From NCBI GenBank assembly GCA_965209155.1, contig OZ242383.1, positions 3,776,001 through 3,840,000 on the forward strand: a DNA stretch of 64,000 nucleotides, read 5' to 3'. This document shows, one piece after another, positions 39,537 through 48,808 of this stretch (within the stretch, counting starts at the first letter, position 1; each line of letters starts with the position of its first letter). Source of the stretch: a bacterium. GTDB taxonomy: Bacteria > SAR324 > NAC60-12. The notes beneath the pieces are model-generated. The model ran no database searches and was not told the origin of the DNA. It worked only from the letters and a program-made list of their open reading frames with translations. The translations under genes were made by a program, and so were the position numbers.

Positions 39537-40529
39537 ATGTTCAGCAGAAACATCCGAGCAATAAAACGACTGGTGATCGGACTGGCGGCCACAACCCTGG
39601 TGGTTGCAGGCCCGGCTCATGCGGAGCAATGGGAGATGCCCATGGCATACGCGGACAGCAATTACCAAACGCAGAATGGCAAGGCTTTCGCCGAGGCGAT
39701 ACGAGTCGCCACTGGCGGTAAGCTGGAGATCGAGATTCATAGCGGCGGCTCGCTGTTCAAGGGGGACGAAATCAAGTACGCCGTCCAAACAGGACAGGCG
39801 GCAATCGGGGAGAGATTGCTGTCCGCCCACCAGGATGAAAATCCCGTGTTCGGATTCGACTCCGTTCCATTCCTCGCAAACTCATTCGAAGCATCGGAAA
39901 AACTTTGGAAGGCAGCGCGTCCGGCCATCGAAAAGATCATGGACGAGCAGGATCTCGTCCTGCTTTATTCGGTACCCTGGCCGCCACAGGGAATGTATTT
40001 CAAGAAAGAGATCCACGTCATGGGGGACCTGAAGGGCATCAAGTGCCGGGTTTACAATCCCGCCACAATGCGTCTCGCCGAACTCGCCGGGATGGTTCCC
40101 GTGCAGATCGAGGTGGCGGAACTCAAACAGGCGCTGGAAAGCGGGGTCGTGGAAGCCTTCGTTTCATCGAGTTCGACCGGTTTCGACCTCGAGGTCTGGG
40201 AGCATCTCACACATTTCTACGAAATCAACGCCTGGTTGCCGCGCAACTACGTATTCGTGAACAAGAACGCCTGGAACGAATTGGATGAGCAGACGCGTAA
40301 CGTCATCCAGGGGTTGGCCATGCTTGCAGAACGTGCCGGTACGGCCAAGGCCCGGCAACTCTCCGACTGGTACGCAAGCCAACTCCGCGCGCAGGGTATG
40401 ATCGTGCAGCCCGTAAACGAGCAGCTTCGGAGTGATTTCAAGCAAATCGGCGCCACGATGATCCAAGAGTGGTTGTCCGAGGCGGGTGAGGGGGGCAAGT
40501 CGATCATCGACGCCTACTCGGCCATGTAA
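39537..40529 (+). CDS. dctP: TRAP transporter substrate-binding protein (DctP-like)
   Basis: Signal peptide, 'T.GKL.I.IH.GGSL', 'D.VPFLA', 'DLKG.K.R'; no dctQM adjacent. Confidence 0.88.
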   Translation: MFSRNIRAIKRLVIGLAATTLVVAGPAHAEQWEMPMAYADSNYQTQNGKAFAEAIRVATGGKLEIEIHSGGSLFKGDEIKYAVQTGQAAIGERLLSAHQDENPVFGFDSVPFLANSFEASEKLWKAARPAIEKIMDEQDLVLLYSVPWPPQGMYFKKEIHVMGDLKGIKCRVYNPATMRLAELAGMVPVQIEVAELKQALESGVVEAFVSSSSTGFDLEVWEHLTHFYEINAWLPRNYVFVNKNAWNELDEQTRNVIQGLAMLAERAGTAKARQLSDWYASQLRAQGMIVQPVNEQLRSDFKQIGATMIQEWLSEAGEGGKSIIDAYSAM

Positions 40530-40583
40530 TCGAGACGATCTCCTTTTTTGGCAACGGTTCAATGACAAAGTGAAGATGCGCTT

Positions 40584-43244
40584 ATGAACGACTGGATATA
40601 TCCCGGAGCCCGTTGGTGGAAGTTTGATTTTCACACCCATACGCCTGCCTCAGACGACTTCTTGCAAGGGTGTGAGCCACAGGAAAAATCAATGGTTACT
40701 CCTGAATTCTGGTTGCGGAAGTTTATGGAAGCAGGAATCGACTGCGTGGCTATCACGGACCACAACAGCGGGGAATGGATCGATAAACTCAAACAGGCCT
40801 TAACCCGATTAGTGGAAGACGAAAACAAACCCGAGTGGTTCCATCCCATTCACTTATTCCCGGGGGTGGAAATATCAACAAGTGAGGGTGCGCATCTGCT
40901 CGCAATCTTCGATCCCGAAAAAAACACGACCGACGTTGATTCATTGCTGGGAGCTGTTGGTTTCAGAGGAACGAAAGGGACAAGTGACAGTGAAACAACC
41001 AAGTCGCTAATCGAGGTGATCGATGAAGTCGTGAAAGCGGGTGCCATTCCCATTCCTGCGCACGTCGATAAAGAAAAAGGGTTGTTTAAGCTCAGAGGAA
41101 TCTCATTGAACGAGGTGTTGCAGAATAAACACATTTATGCCATGGAATTATGTTGTGACAATTTCAACAAACCACCGGCTTATAAACAGAAAAATCTTCA
41201 ATGGACGGAAGTCGGGGGTTCCGATACTCATAATTTCAGGAGCAGACAATTTGGCGTCTTTACCTGGCTTAAAATGGATAAGCCTTCCATAGAGGGCTTG
41301 AAGTTGGCTTTACTCGATGGTTCAGCATCGGTTAACCGGGAAATGCAAGCCAACACGAACCGGCATTCCGAATTCGTCATTGAAGAGATCACCGTTGAAA
41401 ATGCCAGGTATATGGGGAGAGGAAGCCCATTAACCTGTCGATTCAACCCCTTTCTCAATACCATCATCGGTGGACGAGGGAGCGGTAAATCCACCTTACT
41501 GGAATTTATGCGATTAGTACTGCGGCGCGAAAAAGAGATCCCCGAACCTTTGATTCGGGAAAACGAGAAATACTTCCATACGGGTGACGACAACCTGTTA
41601 CTCGACGAGAGCCGACTATCTCTGATCTATCGAAAAGGTAGCACGCGCTATCGCTTGAACTGGTCGGCAAAAGCCGATACCGCTTCACTGGAAACAGAAA
41701 TAGATAATCAATGGAAAGCCGAACAGGGCGAAATCCAGTCACTATTTCCTGCGTATATCTATAGCCAAAAACAAATCTTTACTCTGGCGCAAAATCCTAA
41801 CGCATTGCTGGACATCATTGATTGGGACTTTTCCGTGAAATACGAAATTTTCGAGCAAGAAAGGACTCGATTGGAGAACCGCTACAGACAATTTGAGCAG
41901 AAGTCGGGGGAACTGAAAGAAAAAATAGCAGAGAAGAACAAAACAACCGGTTTACTGAACGATACAACCAGGCAAATCAAACAGATTGAAAGATCCGGTC
42001 ATAAGGAAGTGCTCCAAAATTATCGTTTACGTCAACGACAATTGGAAGAGATCAATAAACTGGAGAAACAGTGGCAGCAAGGCGTCGATCGCCTGCAGGA
42101 ATCCACTGATGAGATTGCCCCTGTGTCGTTTGATGCACAGGAATTCAGTTCTCACCGGGATATTCTGCAGGCGATTACTGATATAAATTTTAAATGGAAA
42201 GCGATCAACGAAGCGCTGGGAAAATTGACCGAAGAATCGCAAGATATCGTGAGTAACTGGAAGCAAAAAAAAACCGCTACCGAATGGATGAAAGCGCTAC
42301 GAATCGACGTCGAAAAATTTGAGCAATTGCGCGCTCAGTTGGCGCAAGAAGGTATCGATCCCGGTAAATATCCCTCTTTATTGCAACAGCAGGCGCTTTA
42401 TAAGAAAGAACTCGCCGACTTAGACAGATACGAAAATGCCCTTAAAAAATTAGAAGCGGACAAACGTCAAATTTTAACCGAACTACAGCAAAACAGGGAA
42501 AACCTGACGGAAAACAGAAAATCGTTCCTGACGTCGGTTCTAAAGGATAATCAATCTGTTTTTATAAAGGTTCAGCCCTTCGGACAGATTTGGGGGGCGG
42601 GTGTCGAAATGAAAATACGTCTATTGTTGCAATGCGAGGGTCAACGCTTTGAGAAAGATCTCGAGGCATTGAAGCAGTTGTACCATGGAGCCGAAAAGAT
42701 GACGGCGGTGCAAGCTATCAAAAATAGAGTATCGGGCATTCGCAATGACGAAGAAGATGCTAAAGATAAACGCTTTAGCGCGCATATCAAGAATCTTCCA
42801 AGGGAATCCATCAGTAATTTGATGTGCTGGTTCCCTCAGGATGCGCTTGAGATCACTTTTGGTGATCACCAGAGCATTCAGCAGGGTTCGCCGGGTCAGA
42901 AAACCGCGGCCTTGCTGGCCTTTATCCTGTCTTACGGAGATGAACCGCTGCTGTTGGATCAGCCTGAAGATGACCTAGACAACGAATTGATCTACGACTT
43001 GATTGTTAAGCAACTGCGTGAAACCAAAAGCAAGCGGCAATTTATCGTGGTAACTCACAACGCGAACATCGTCGTTAACGGCGATGCCGAGATGGTGTTG
43101 CCGCTGTTCGTAAGTGGCCAATCTTATTTGAACCAGCCGGCCAGTATACAGGAAGTAAGCATCAGAGAGAGAATATGCGCTGTCCTGGAGGGAGGACAGA
43201 AAGCGTTTGAGCAGCGTTACAAACGCATTCACCTGGAGAGCTGA
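40584..43244 (+). CDS. PHP phosphoesterase fused to ABC/SMC-like ATPase (TrlF/Ppl-like)
   Basis: 'WKFDFHTHTPAS', 'ITDHN', 'GVEI', 'GSDTH'; Walker A 'GGRGSGKS', 'SPGQK', 'LDQPEDDLD', 'VTHNAN'. Confidence 0.88.
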   Translation: MNDWIYPGARWWKFDFHTHTPASDDFLQGCEPQEKSMVTPEFWLRKFMEAGIDCVAITDHNSGEWIDKLKQALTRLVEDENKPEWFHPIHLFPGVEISTSEGAHLLAIFDPEKNTTDVDSLLGAVGFRGTKGTSDSETTKSLIEVIDEVVKAGAIPIPAHVDKEKGLFKLRGISLNEVLQNKHIYAMELCCDNFNKPPAYKQKNLQWTEVGGSDTHNFRSRQFGVFTWLKMDKPSIEGLKLALLDGSASVNREMQANTNRHSEFVIEEITVENARYMGRGSPLTCRFNPFLNTIIGGRGSGKSTLLEFMRLVLRREKEIPEPLIRENEKYFHTGDDNLLLDESRLSLIYRKGSTRYRLNWSAKADTASLETEIDNQWKAEQGEIQSLFPAYIYSQKQIFTLAQNPNALLDIIDWDFSVKYEIFEQERTRLENRYRQFEQKSGELKEKIAEKNKTTGLLNDTTRQIKQIERSGHKEVLQNYRLRQRQLEEINKLEKQWQQGVDRLQESTDEIAPVSFDAQEFSSHRDILQAITDINFKWKAINEALGKLTEESQDIVSNWKQKKTATEWMKALRIDVEKFEQLRAQLAQEGIDPGKYPSLLQQQALYKKELADLDRYENALKKLEADKRQILTELQQNRENLTENRKSFLTSVLKDNQSVFIKVQPFGQIWGAGVEMKIRLLLQCEGQRFEKDLEALKQLYHGAEKMTAVQAIKNRVSGIRNDEEDAKDKRFSAHIKNLPRESISNLMCWFPQDALEITFGDHQSIQQGSPGQKTAALLAFILSYGDEPLLLDQPEDDLDNELIYDLIVKQLRETKSKRQFIVVTHNANIVVNGDAEMVLPLFVSGQSYLNQPASIQEVSIRERICAVLEGGQKAFEQRYKRIHLES

Positions 43245-43245
43245 T

Positions 43246-44532
43246 TTGCTAAACGAACAGCAGATTTTAGGAAAAATTGCGGGTGGTGAAAGCTCCGGAA
43301 CCGAATTCAAGGAAGTAACGGTCAGTGGTGGGACAGTCAAAGAACCGCATCGAAATGGTTTGTCCGATGAGTTTGCCGCTTTTGCCAATCAGCAAGGAGG
43401 TACGCTGATTTTTGGCGTTTCCGACGATCGGAAAATTCAAGGTGTAGATTTAGATAGTGTTCCGATATTGATTCGTTTCATCAGTGAGATATGCCACGGC
43501 TCGGTGGAACCTCCCATCGTCGATTATTTTCTAGACAGTATCCGAATTCCAGATGAAATGGAGCGAGAAAAAACACTGGTTTATATCAACATTTCACGGA
43601 GTCTTTGGGCACACCAAAGCAAAAACGGATTCTTTTTGCGACAAGGAAACACCAAACGAAAAATGACAACCGAGCAATTGGGCAGACTGCTGCAGTCCCG
43701 CTCACAAGCCAGGATTATTCCTTTTAATGAACAGTTTGTCCCCAATACGGATAAATCGACTTTACGCAGAGATTTATTTGTAAGATTTCTCCGAAATGCC
43801 AAAACGGAGGCGCAAGAAAATGACCAACTTTTGAAACGGCGTCTGTTGATAGAGGACAATGGAATTTTTAGAGCTTCCGTGGCAGGTTTGCTGATGTGTG
43901 GTGACCAGTCCGACGAATACCTCTACAACAGTTTTATATGCGCTGTTTGCTATAAAGGTCTACACAAAGACGCCAACTACCAACTGGATGCGCAAGATCT
44001 CAGAGGGGCGTTGGATAAGCAAATTTTGGATGCCTATAGATTCGTCGAACGATATAATCAAAAATCCGCTCTCAAAGAAGTAGGTCGAGAGGAACGATCA
44101 CAATACAGCATGAAAGCCGTTTTTGAAGCCGTTGTCAATGCGGTTGTACATAGAGATTACTCTAAACATGGTTCGAAAATCCGCTTGTTCATGTTTTCCG
44201 ACCGCTTGGAACTCTATTCGCCGGGTGCCCTTGCGAACACCATGACAGTGGATACACTGGAAGATAACCAGGTAACCAGAAACGAATTGTTAACTCGACT
44301 ATTATCTGAACTTGTCGTGGAGAGGCCGATAGGGGACGCTATTGGAAGAAAATACTTTCTGGAACGTAGAGGCGAAGGGGTCGGGATTATTCGTCGCGAA
44401 AGTGAGGATCTGAGCGGGAAAAAGCCGTTCTACAAGATGCAGGGTGAGGAGTTATGCTTGACCATTTTTGCGGCGAAATCCTTGCAGGAGGAACGGGAAA
44501 TGGAAACAAATCAAAAACTTTACCACGCATAA
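43246..44532 (+). CDS. Schlafen/AlbA_2 domain plus HATPase_c_4 (RecG-C-like) protein
   Basis: 'GE....EFKE', 'AFAN..GG.L.FGV.D', 'EA.VNAV.HRDY', 'SPG.L', 'E.RG.G'; start uncertain (TTG 43246). Confidence 0.85.
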   Translation: MLNEQQILGKIAGGESSGTEFKEVTVSGGTVKEPHRNGLSDEFAAFANQQGGTLIFGVSDDRKIQGVDLDSVPILIRFISEICHGSVEPPIVDYFLDSIRIPDEMEREKTLVYINISRSLWAHQSKNGFFLRQGNTKRKMTTEQLGRLLQSRSQARIIPFNEQFVPNTDKSTLRRDLFVRFLRNAKTEAQENDQLLKRRLLIEDNGIFRASVAGLLMCGDQSDEYLYNSFICAVCYKGLHKDANYQLDAQDLRGALDKQILDAYRFVERYNQKSALKEVGREERSQYSMKAVFEAVVNAVVHRDYSKHGSKIRLFMFSDRLELYSPGALANTMTVDTLEDNQVTRNELLTRLLSELVVERPIGDAIGRKYFLERRGEGVGIIRRESEDLSGKKPFYKMQGEELCLTIFAAKSLQEEREMETNQKLYHA

Positions 44533-44589
44533 CGCTACGGGTACAAAAGAAGCCCAATTCCTTCCTTCCGTCGTTCCGGAACCCGGATT

Positions 44590-46047
44590 ATGAACGTCTT
44601 TACCATTTTATATGTCATCGGGACTTTGTCCGTGTTTACGGGCGGAATGATGTTGTTTCCCTTTGGAGTGGCCTTGATTTACGATCAAGGGGACGCGCCT
44701 GCCTTATTACTTTCCTCTTCGCTTGCAATTACCGGGGGATTGCCTTTCTGGTGGTTGTTCCGCCGCTACACCCAATTGAGGATGAAGGATGGTTTCATTA
44801 TTGTTTCCGTGGGATGGACCCTGGTGTGCGCCATTTCGGCACTGCCTTTTGTAGTGCATGGGGCAATTCCTTCTTTCACGGATGCTTTTTTTGAAATGAT
44901 GTCCGGTTACACAACCACCGGGGCGACGATTCTGACGGACATTGAAATGCTCCCCAATGGGTTACTGTTCTGGCGAAGTTTTACTCATTTACTGGGAGGA
45001 ATGGGTTTTGTCATGCTCACCATCCTCATCCTTCCATTCGTGGCAACGGAAGGCATGTATCTCTACCGGGCCGAGGCCGATCCGGGAACGGTGCTCACCA
45101 ACGATAAACTCAATCCCCAGGTGAAAGGCACGGCGATCCGTCTTTGGATTATCTACCTTTCGTATATTATTCTCAACGCCGTCTTGTTATGGGCAGGGGG
45201 AATGTCCTGGTTTGATGCGATTTGTCATGCCTTTGGAACCTTGTCCACTGCAGGCTTTTCTCCTAAAAACGCCAGTATGGGATATTATGACAGTAGCTAT
45301 TTTGACTGGGTGACGATTGTTTTCATGTTCCTCGGAGGTATGACTTTTATTTTACACTACCAAATTTTAACGAATCAGTGGAACCAGGTCAGAATCAATA
45401 CGGAATTCCGCTGGTACGTGGGGATTGTTTTGGTATTCTGCCTGATCGTATCTTGGGTTTTGTGGGAAAACGAAACCTATGGCGGGATATTGGATGCGAT
45501 ACGCTATGGTACGTTTCAAACGGTTTCTCTTCTCACTACGAGTGGTTTTACCACTGCGGATTACGAGCTTTGGCCTCAAGCGGCTCAAATGTTTCTCTTT
45601 GTGGTGGTGTTCATAGGCGCTTGCGCCGGTTCCACCACCAGCGGAATCAAAATCATCCATTATGTGATTCTCTTCAAATATCTGAATGCAACCTTAAAAA
45701 GAATTTTGCACCCCTACGTAATTCATCCAATTCGGGTCAATAGAGTGGCCATTGACACGAGAATACGGGATCTGGCAATTTGTTATTTTGTGGGCAATAT
45801 CCTATGGATTCTGCTGGGTGGGGGGGTGATGGTTATCTTGGATGACATGGATTTCTGGAGTGCGGTTGTCTCCGTAATCGCCACCTTGATGAACATCGGT
45901 CCGGGGTTTGCGGACGTGGGACCTGCCGACAACTTCTCCCATATTTCCCACAGCGGAAAATGGTTTCTTTCCCTGAACATGCTCACCGGCCGATTGGAAA
46001 TGTTTTCGGTGATTGTGCTTTTTTTCCCGTCTTTTTGGAAAACTTAA
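44590..46047 (+). CDS. trkH: Trk potassium uptake protein TrkH
   Basis: 'SGYTTTGAT', 'STAGFS', 'GACAGSTTSGIK', 'NIGPG', 'GRLE'. Confidence 0.93.
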   Translation: MNVFTILYVIGTLSVFTGGMMLFPFGVALIYDQGDAPALLLSSSLAITGGLPFWWLFRRYTQLRMKDGFIIVSVGWTLVCAISALPFVVHGAIPSFTDAFFEMMSGYTTTGATILTDIEMLPNGLLFWRSFTHLLGGMGFVMLTILILPFVATEGMYLYRAEADPGTVLTNDKLNPQVKGTAIRLWIIYLSYIILNAVLLWAGGMSWFDAICHAFGTLSTAGFSPKNASMGYYDSSYFDWVTIVFMFLGGMTFILHYQILTNQWNQVRINTEFRWYVGIVLVFCLIVSWVLWENETYGGILDAIRYGTFQTVSLLTTSGFTTADYELWPQAAQMFLFVVVFIGACAGSTTSGIKIIHYVILFKYLNATLKRILHPYVIHPIRVNRVAIDTRIRDLAICYFVGNILWILLGGGVMVILDDMDFWSAVVSVIATLMNIGPGFADVGPADNFSHISHSGKWFLSLNMLTGRLEMFSVIVLFFPSFWKT

Positions 46048-46058
46048 ACTCCCGACAA

Positions 46059-47213
46059 TCAGGATAAGATTTTGCGTTGGGGTTTGGAGTGTCGCCACTC
46101 CGCCAACAATGTACGCAGGGCTGCAATAAAAGCCAGGGGTTGGTCCAGTATCAAATGGTGATGCGCTTCCGGAATGGAAACAAAAGGAACACTGCTGTCC
46201 AGCACTTGAAACATATAATCCACGATGTCTTGAGAAAACAACAGGCTGTTTTCTCCATAAACCACTCCAATGCGACAAACCACGGAGGAGAGATCTTTGG
46301 AAAGGTCTCCAATTTTGAAACGTTTGAAAAGCTGATCATCGAATTTCCAGGTCCAACCTCCGTCTACCGGGACCAGTGACTGATCGGCAATGTGTTCCAA
46401 GATAAAATCATTATCGCATTCCTGGGTGGGTACGAGGCGAAAACGAGCTTTAGCTTGTTCGAAACTTTCATAAATTCGCTTAGGTCGAATGGGAGAGCGT
46501 TTGGGGTCCCGTTCCCATTCATAATCGGGGGGGCGTACGGGAGAATCGACCAAAACCACCCCCGTCAGATGCTCTCCAAACAACGTACCGGCCTTCAGGG
46601 AAATATATCCACCAAAACTGTGTCCGACAAGAATCGGTTTGTCGGCAAATCCGGCATCCCGGCACACCTGAATGGCTTCCTGAACGAAAACTTCCACTGA
46701 ATAGTGGGCGCGGTGGCCACTGTCTCCCATACCACTGAGGTCGATGGCGGCCACAGCATAATGATCCAAAAAAAAAGGCGCGATGAAATCCCACCAATGG
46801 GAATGGGCGCCATTACCATGAATCAACAATAGTCCCGGTTTCCCGGCTTCTCCCCAACGCAGGTAATGGATCGGGCATCCTTCCACTTCAATGACGCGGG
46901 ATTCATAAGGCGTTTGGATTGCTTGCAGGAACCATCCTGGTGGTTCTGTCTTTGAATTTAATTTTTTACAACACAAAGCAGCGTCCCGGATTCCATGCCT
47001 GACAGACGAGAAAAGTTGATTCTCGTGAATGCGTAAAGCAACATTGCGAAGGTTTTGCGGCAGTTTCATCCCCAATAACCTCATTAGATTATCATACTCT
47101 TTCGACTTTCGCTTCGCAAGTAGTTTGTCACTCTTGCAAAAGGGGAATGAATCTTGCACTTGTTTTTTCAAACGATTTTGTCTGAATTCACAGGGATCGT
47201 TTCGATGAGCCAA
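46059..47213 (-). CDS. Alpha/beta hydrolase (true start probably internal)
   Basis: 'LIHGNGAH..WW', 'GHSFGG', 'AHHH...DQP'. Confidence 0.85.
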   Translation of the reverse strand: MAHRNDPCEFRQNRLKKQVQDSFPFCKSDKLLAKRKSKEYDNLMRLLGMKLPQNLRNVALRIHENQLFSSVRHGIRDAALCCKKLNSKTEPPGWFLQAIQTPYESRVIEVEGCPIHYLRWGEAGKPGLLLIHGNGAHSHWWDFIAPFFLDHYAVAAIDLSGMGDSGHRAHYSVEVFVQEAIQVCRDAGFADKPILVGHSFGGYISLKAGTLFGEHLTGVVLVDSPVRPPDYEWERDPKRSPIRPKRIYESFEQAKARFRLVPTQECDNDFILEHIADQSLVPVDGGWTWKFDDQLFKRFKIGDLSKDLSSVVCRIGVVYGENSLLFSQDIVDYMFQVLDSSVPFVSIPEAHHHLILDQPLAFIAALRTLLAEWRHSKPQRKILS

Positions 47214-47503
47214 AAGTCATTTACGTGAAGCATGAAGAGGCAATTACGGGGCATTGATGTTGATGAAGCAAAAAGAAAATAGTCGACAAATTCAACTAAA
47301 AACATGAACTCGAATTGAAAAAGGCTCATACAACCCTTTGAAAATAAAACTCATGGGTATTGCAAGACGGTTATATCAAGGAACAGGAGATCGAAATGGA
47401 TTTTAAACACTCGGATTCAATCAATGAATTACTTTATTTCTCAGCGGAGTATATTTCTGGCAGGTCCGTTGAAATCGAATTATTTATTTGACTTGAGGTC
47501 ACT

Positions 47504-47881
47504 ATGAAAAAACTAATTGTCGTTTTAATCTCAGGTGCTGCGCTATTTTTATTGACCGGATGTATCTCATTGACAGAAGAAGGCGCAGAAGTAACAGTTG
47601 TCACAGATCCGAAAATAGTGGAAAATTGCACTTTAAAAGGAAAAATACGCTCTTATGCGGTCTGGGCGAACAGCACGGCGCACACTGGGGAGAAAGATCC
47701 GCGGATTGACATCAGTCACAGTCAATTCAACACCACTCTGATTCAAACGCAAAATGCGGCTGCCAGAGATTATGGAGCCAATGTCGTGTTGATCAAAGGC
47801 AGTCATGCCCCTCGAGGAACGGATGTACTGACAGAACTGTTTGCCACCGAAATCAGTTCTACCGCGTATTTATGTAATTAA
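47504..47881 (+). CDS. Small lipoprotein (DUF4156-like)
   Basis: Lipobox LTGC; conserved C..G and terminal AY.C. Confidence 0.7.
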   Translation: MKKLIVVLISGAALFLLTGCISLTEEGAEVTVVTDPKIVENCTLKGKIRSYAVWANSTAHTGEKDPRIDISHSQFNTTLIQTQNAAARDYGANVVLIKGSHAPRGTDVLTELFATEISSTAYLCN

Positions 47882-47930
47882 TGGGGCAGGTGAATTTTTG
47901 CCGTATAACTCACCAAAGCAAGAGGAATTT

Positions 47931-48209
47931 ATGAACAAACTTTATGGATATTTCAGTATCGTAATATTTTTTTTCCTGATTGCAGGATGTACGACACTGA
48001 CTGCAGATGGAGAAAATGTCGTAGTGACCAATGATGCTGAATTGGTTAAAGACTGTGAACTAAAAGGAAAAATTCGTTCTGCAGGAATGGGAAATTCGCT
48101 CTATCGTGCCCAGAATGCAGCGGGAAGAGAGTGGAAGGCGGATACGCTTTTGGTGACAGGTATGGATGAAGAATTGGAGGCCCTCGCATATATTTGCAAA
48201 GATAATTAA
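47931..48209 (+). CDS. Small lipoprotein, paralog of the preceding gene
   Basis: Lipobox IAGC; shares 'C.LKGKIRS', 'QNAA', 'AY.C'; RBS GAGG. Confidence 0.7.
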   Translation: MNKLYGYFSIVIFFFLIAGCTTLTADGENVVVTNDAELVKDCELKGKIRSAGMGNSLYRAQNAAGREWKADTLLVTGMDEELEALAYICKDN

Positions 48210-48210
48210 T

Positions 48211-48763
48211 CTCATTAAACCACCAGCTCTGCTGGTGCGAACCTAATAGGCTTTGCCGGTCAGACATGAGAAACGTATCCGTGTCCGTTAGCCGTGCTCG
48301 TGAACGGTCATTGAATTCGACGGCACATTTTGGTTAACATAGAAACAATGCGATGAAGTAACTGTTTCCCTTCGTCAAATAAAGGAGGCTGGATGATCTT
48401 CAACACGTTTAAAACATCGAGCATAGCAGCGCATTCCATTGCGGAACCTCGGGCAAATGCATAGAATCGTTGCTTGTCAGGAAAGGAATTATTTCCACAG
48501 CCTTCTGCGATATTGAGAGGAATCGACCATGAGGTCCTTTTCAGTTGGTCAACTAAGGCTGAGTATCCTTTTGGCAATGTTTCGATGACTTGGACAGATA
48601 ACGCTAAAAATTCGATGGAACATTGGTATACATCGAGTTTTTCATGATCTAACATGGCAGCCTTTTTCGTTCACGAGCACGAGCACGTCTTACGATGACG
48701 AACACGTTTTGCCCTCATACTGGGGGCCTCTTCAAGCCACCGGCTCTGCCGGTGGTGATGACT
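48211..48763 (+). mobile_element. Non-autonomous IS200/IS605-like element carrying a four-helix-bundle gene, copy 3
   Basis: 553 bp (one GCTCGT hexamer fewer); follows TTAAT, which overlaps the lipoprotein stop codon. Confidence 0.85.
48308..48655 (-). CDS. Four-helix-bundle protein, copy 3
   Basis: Near-identical to copies 1 and 2. Confidence 0.9.
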   Translation of the reverse strand: MLDHEKLDVYQCSIEFLALSVQVIETLPKGYSALVDQLKRTSWSIPLNIAEGCGNNSFPDKQRFYAFARGSAMECAAMLDVLNVLKIIQPPLFDEGKQLLHRIVSMLTKMCRRIQ

Positions 48764-48808
48764 GAGCAGTTACGGAGTTTTACGTATATATTATCCAAGA
48801 GTTCATCT

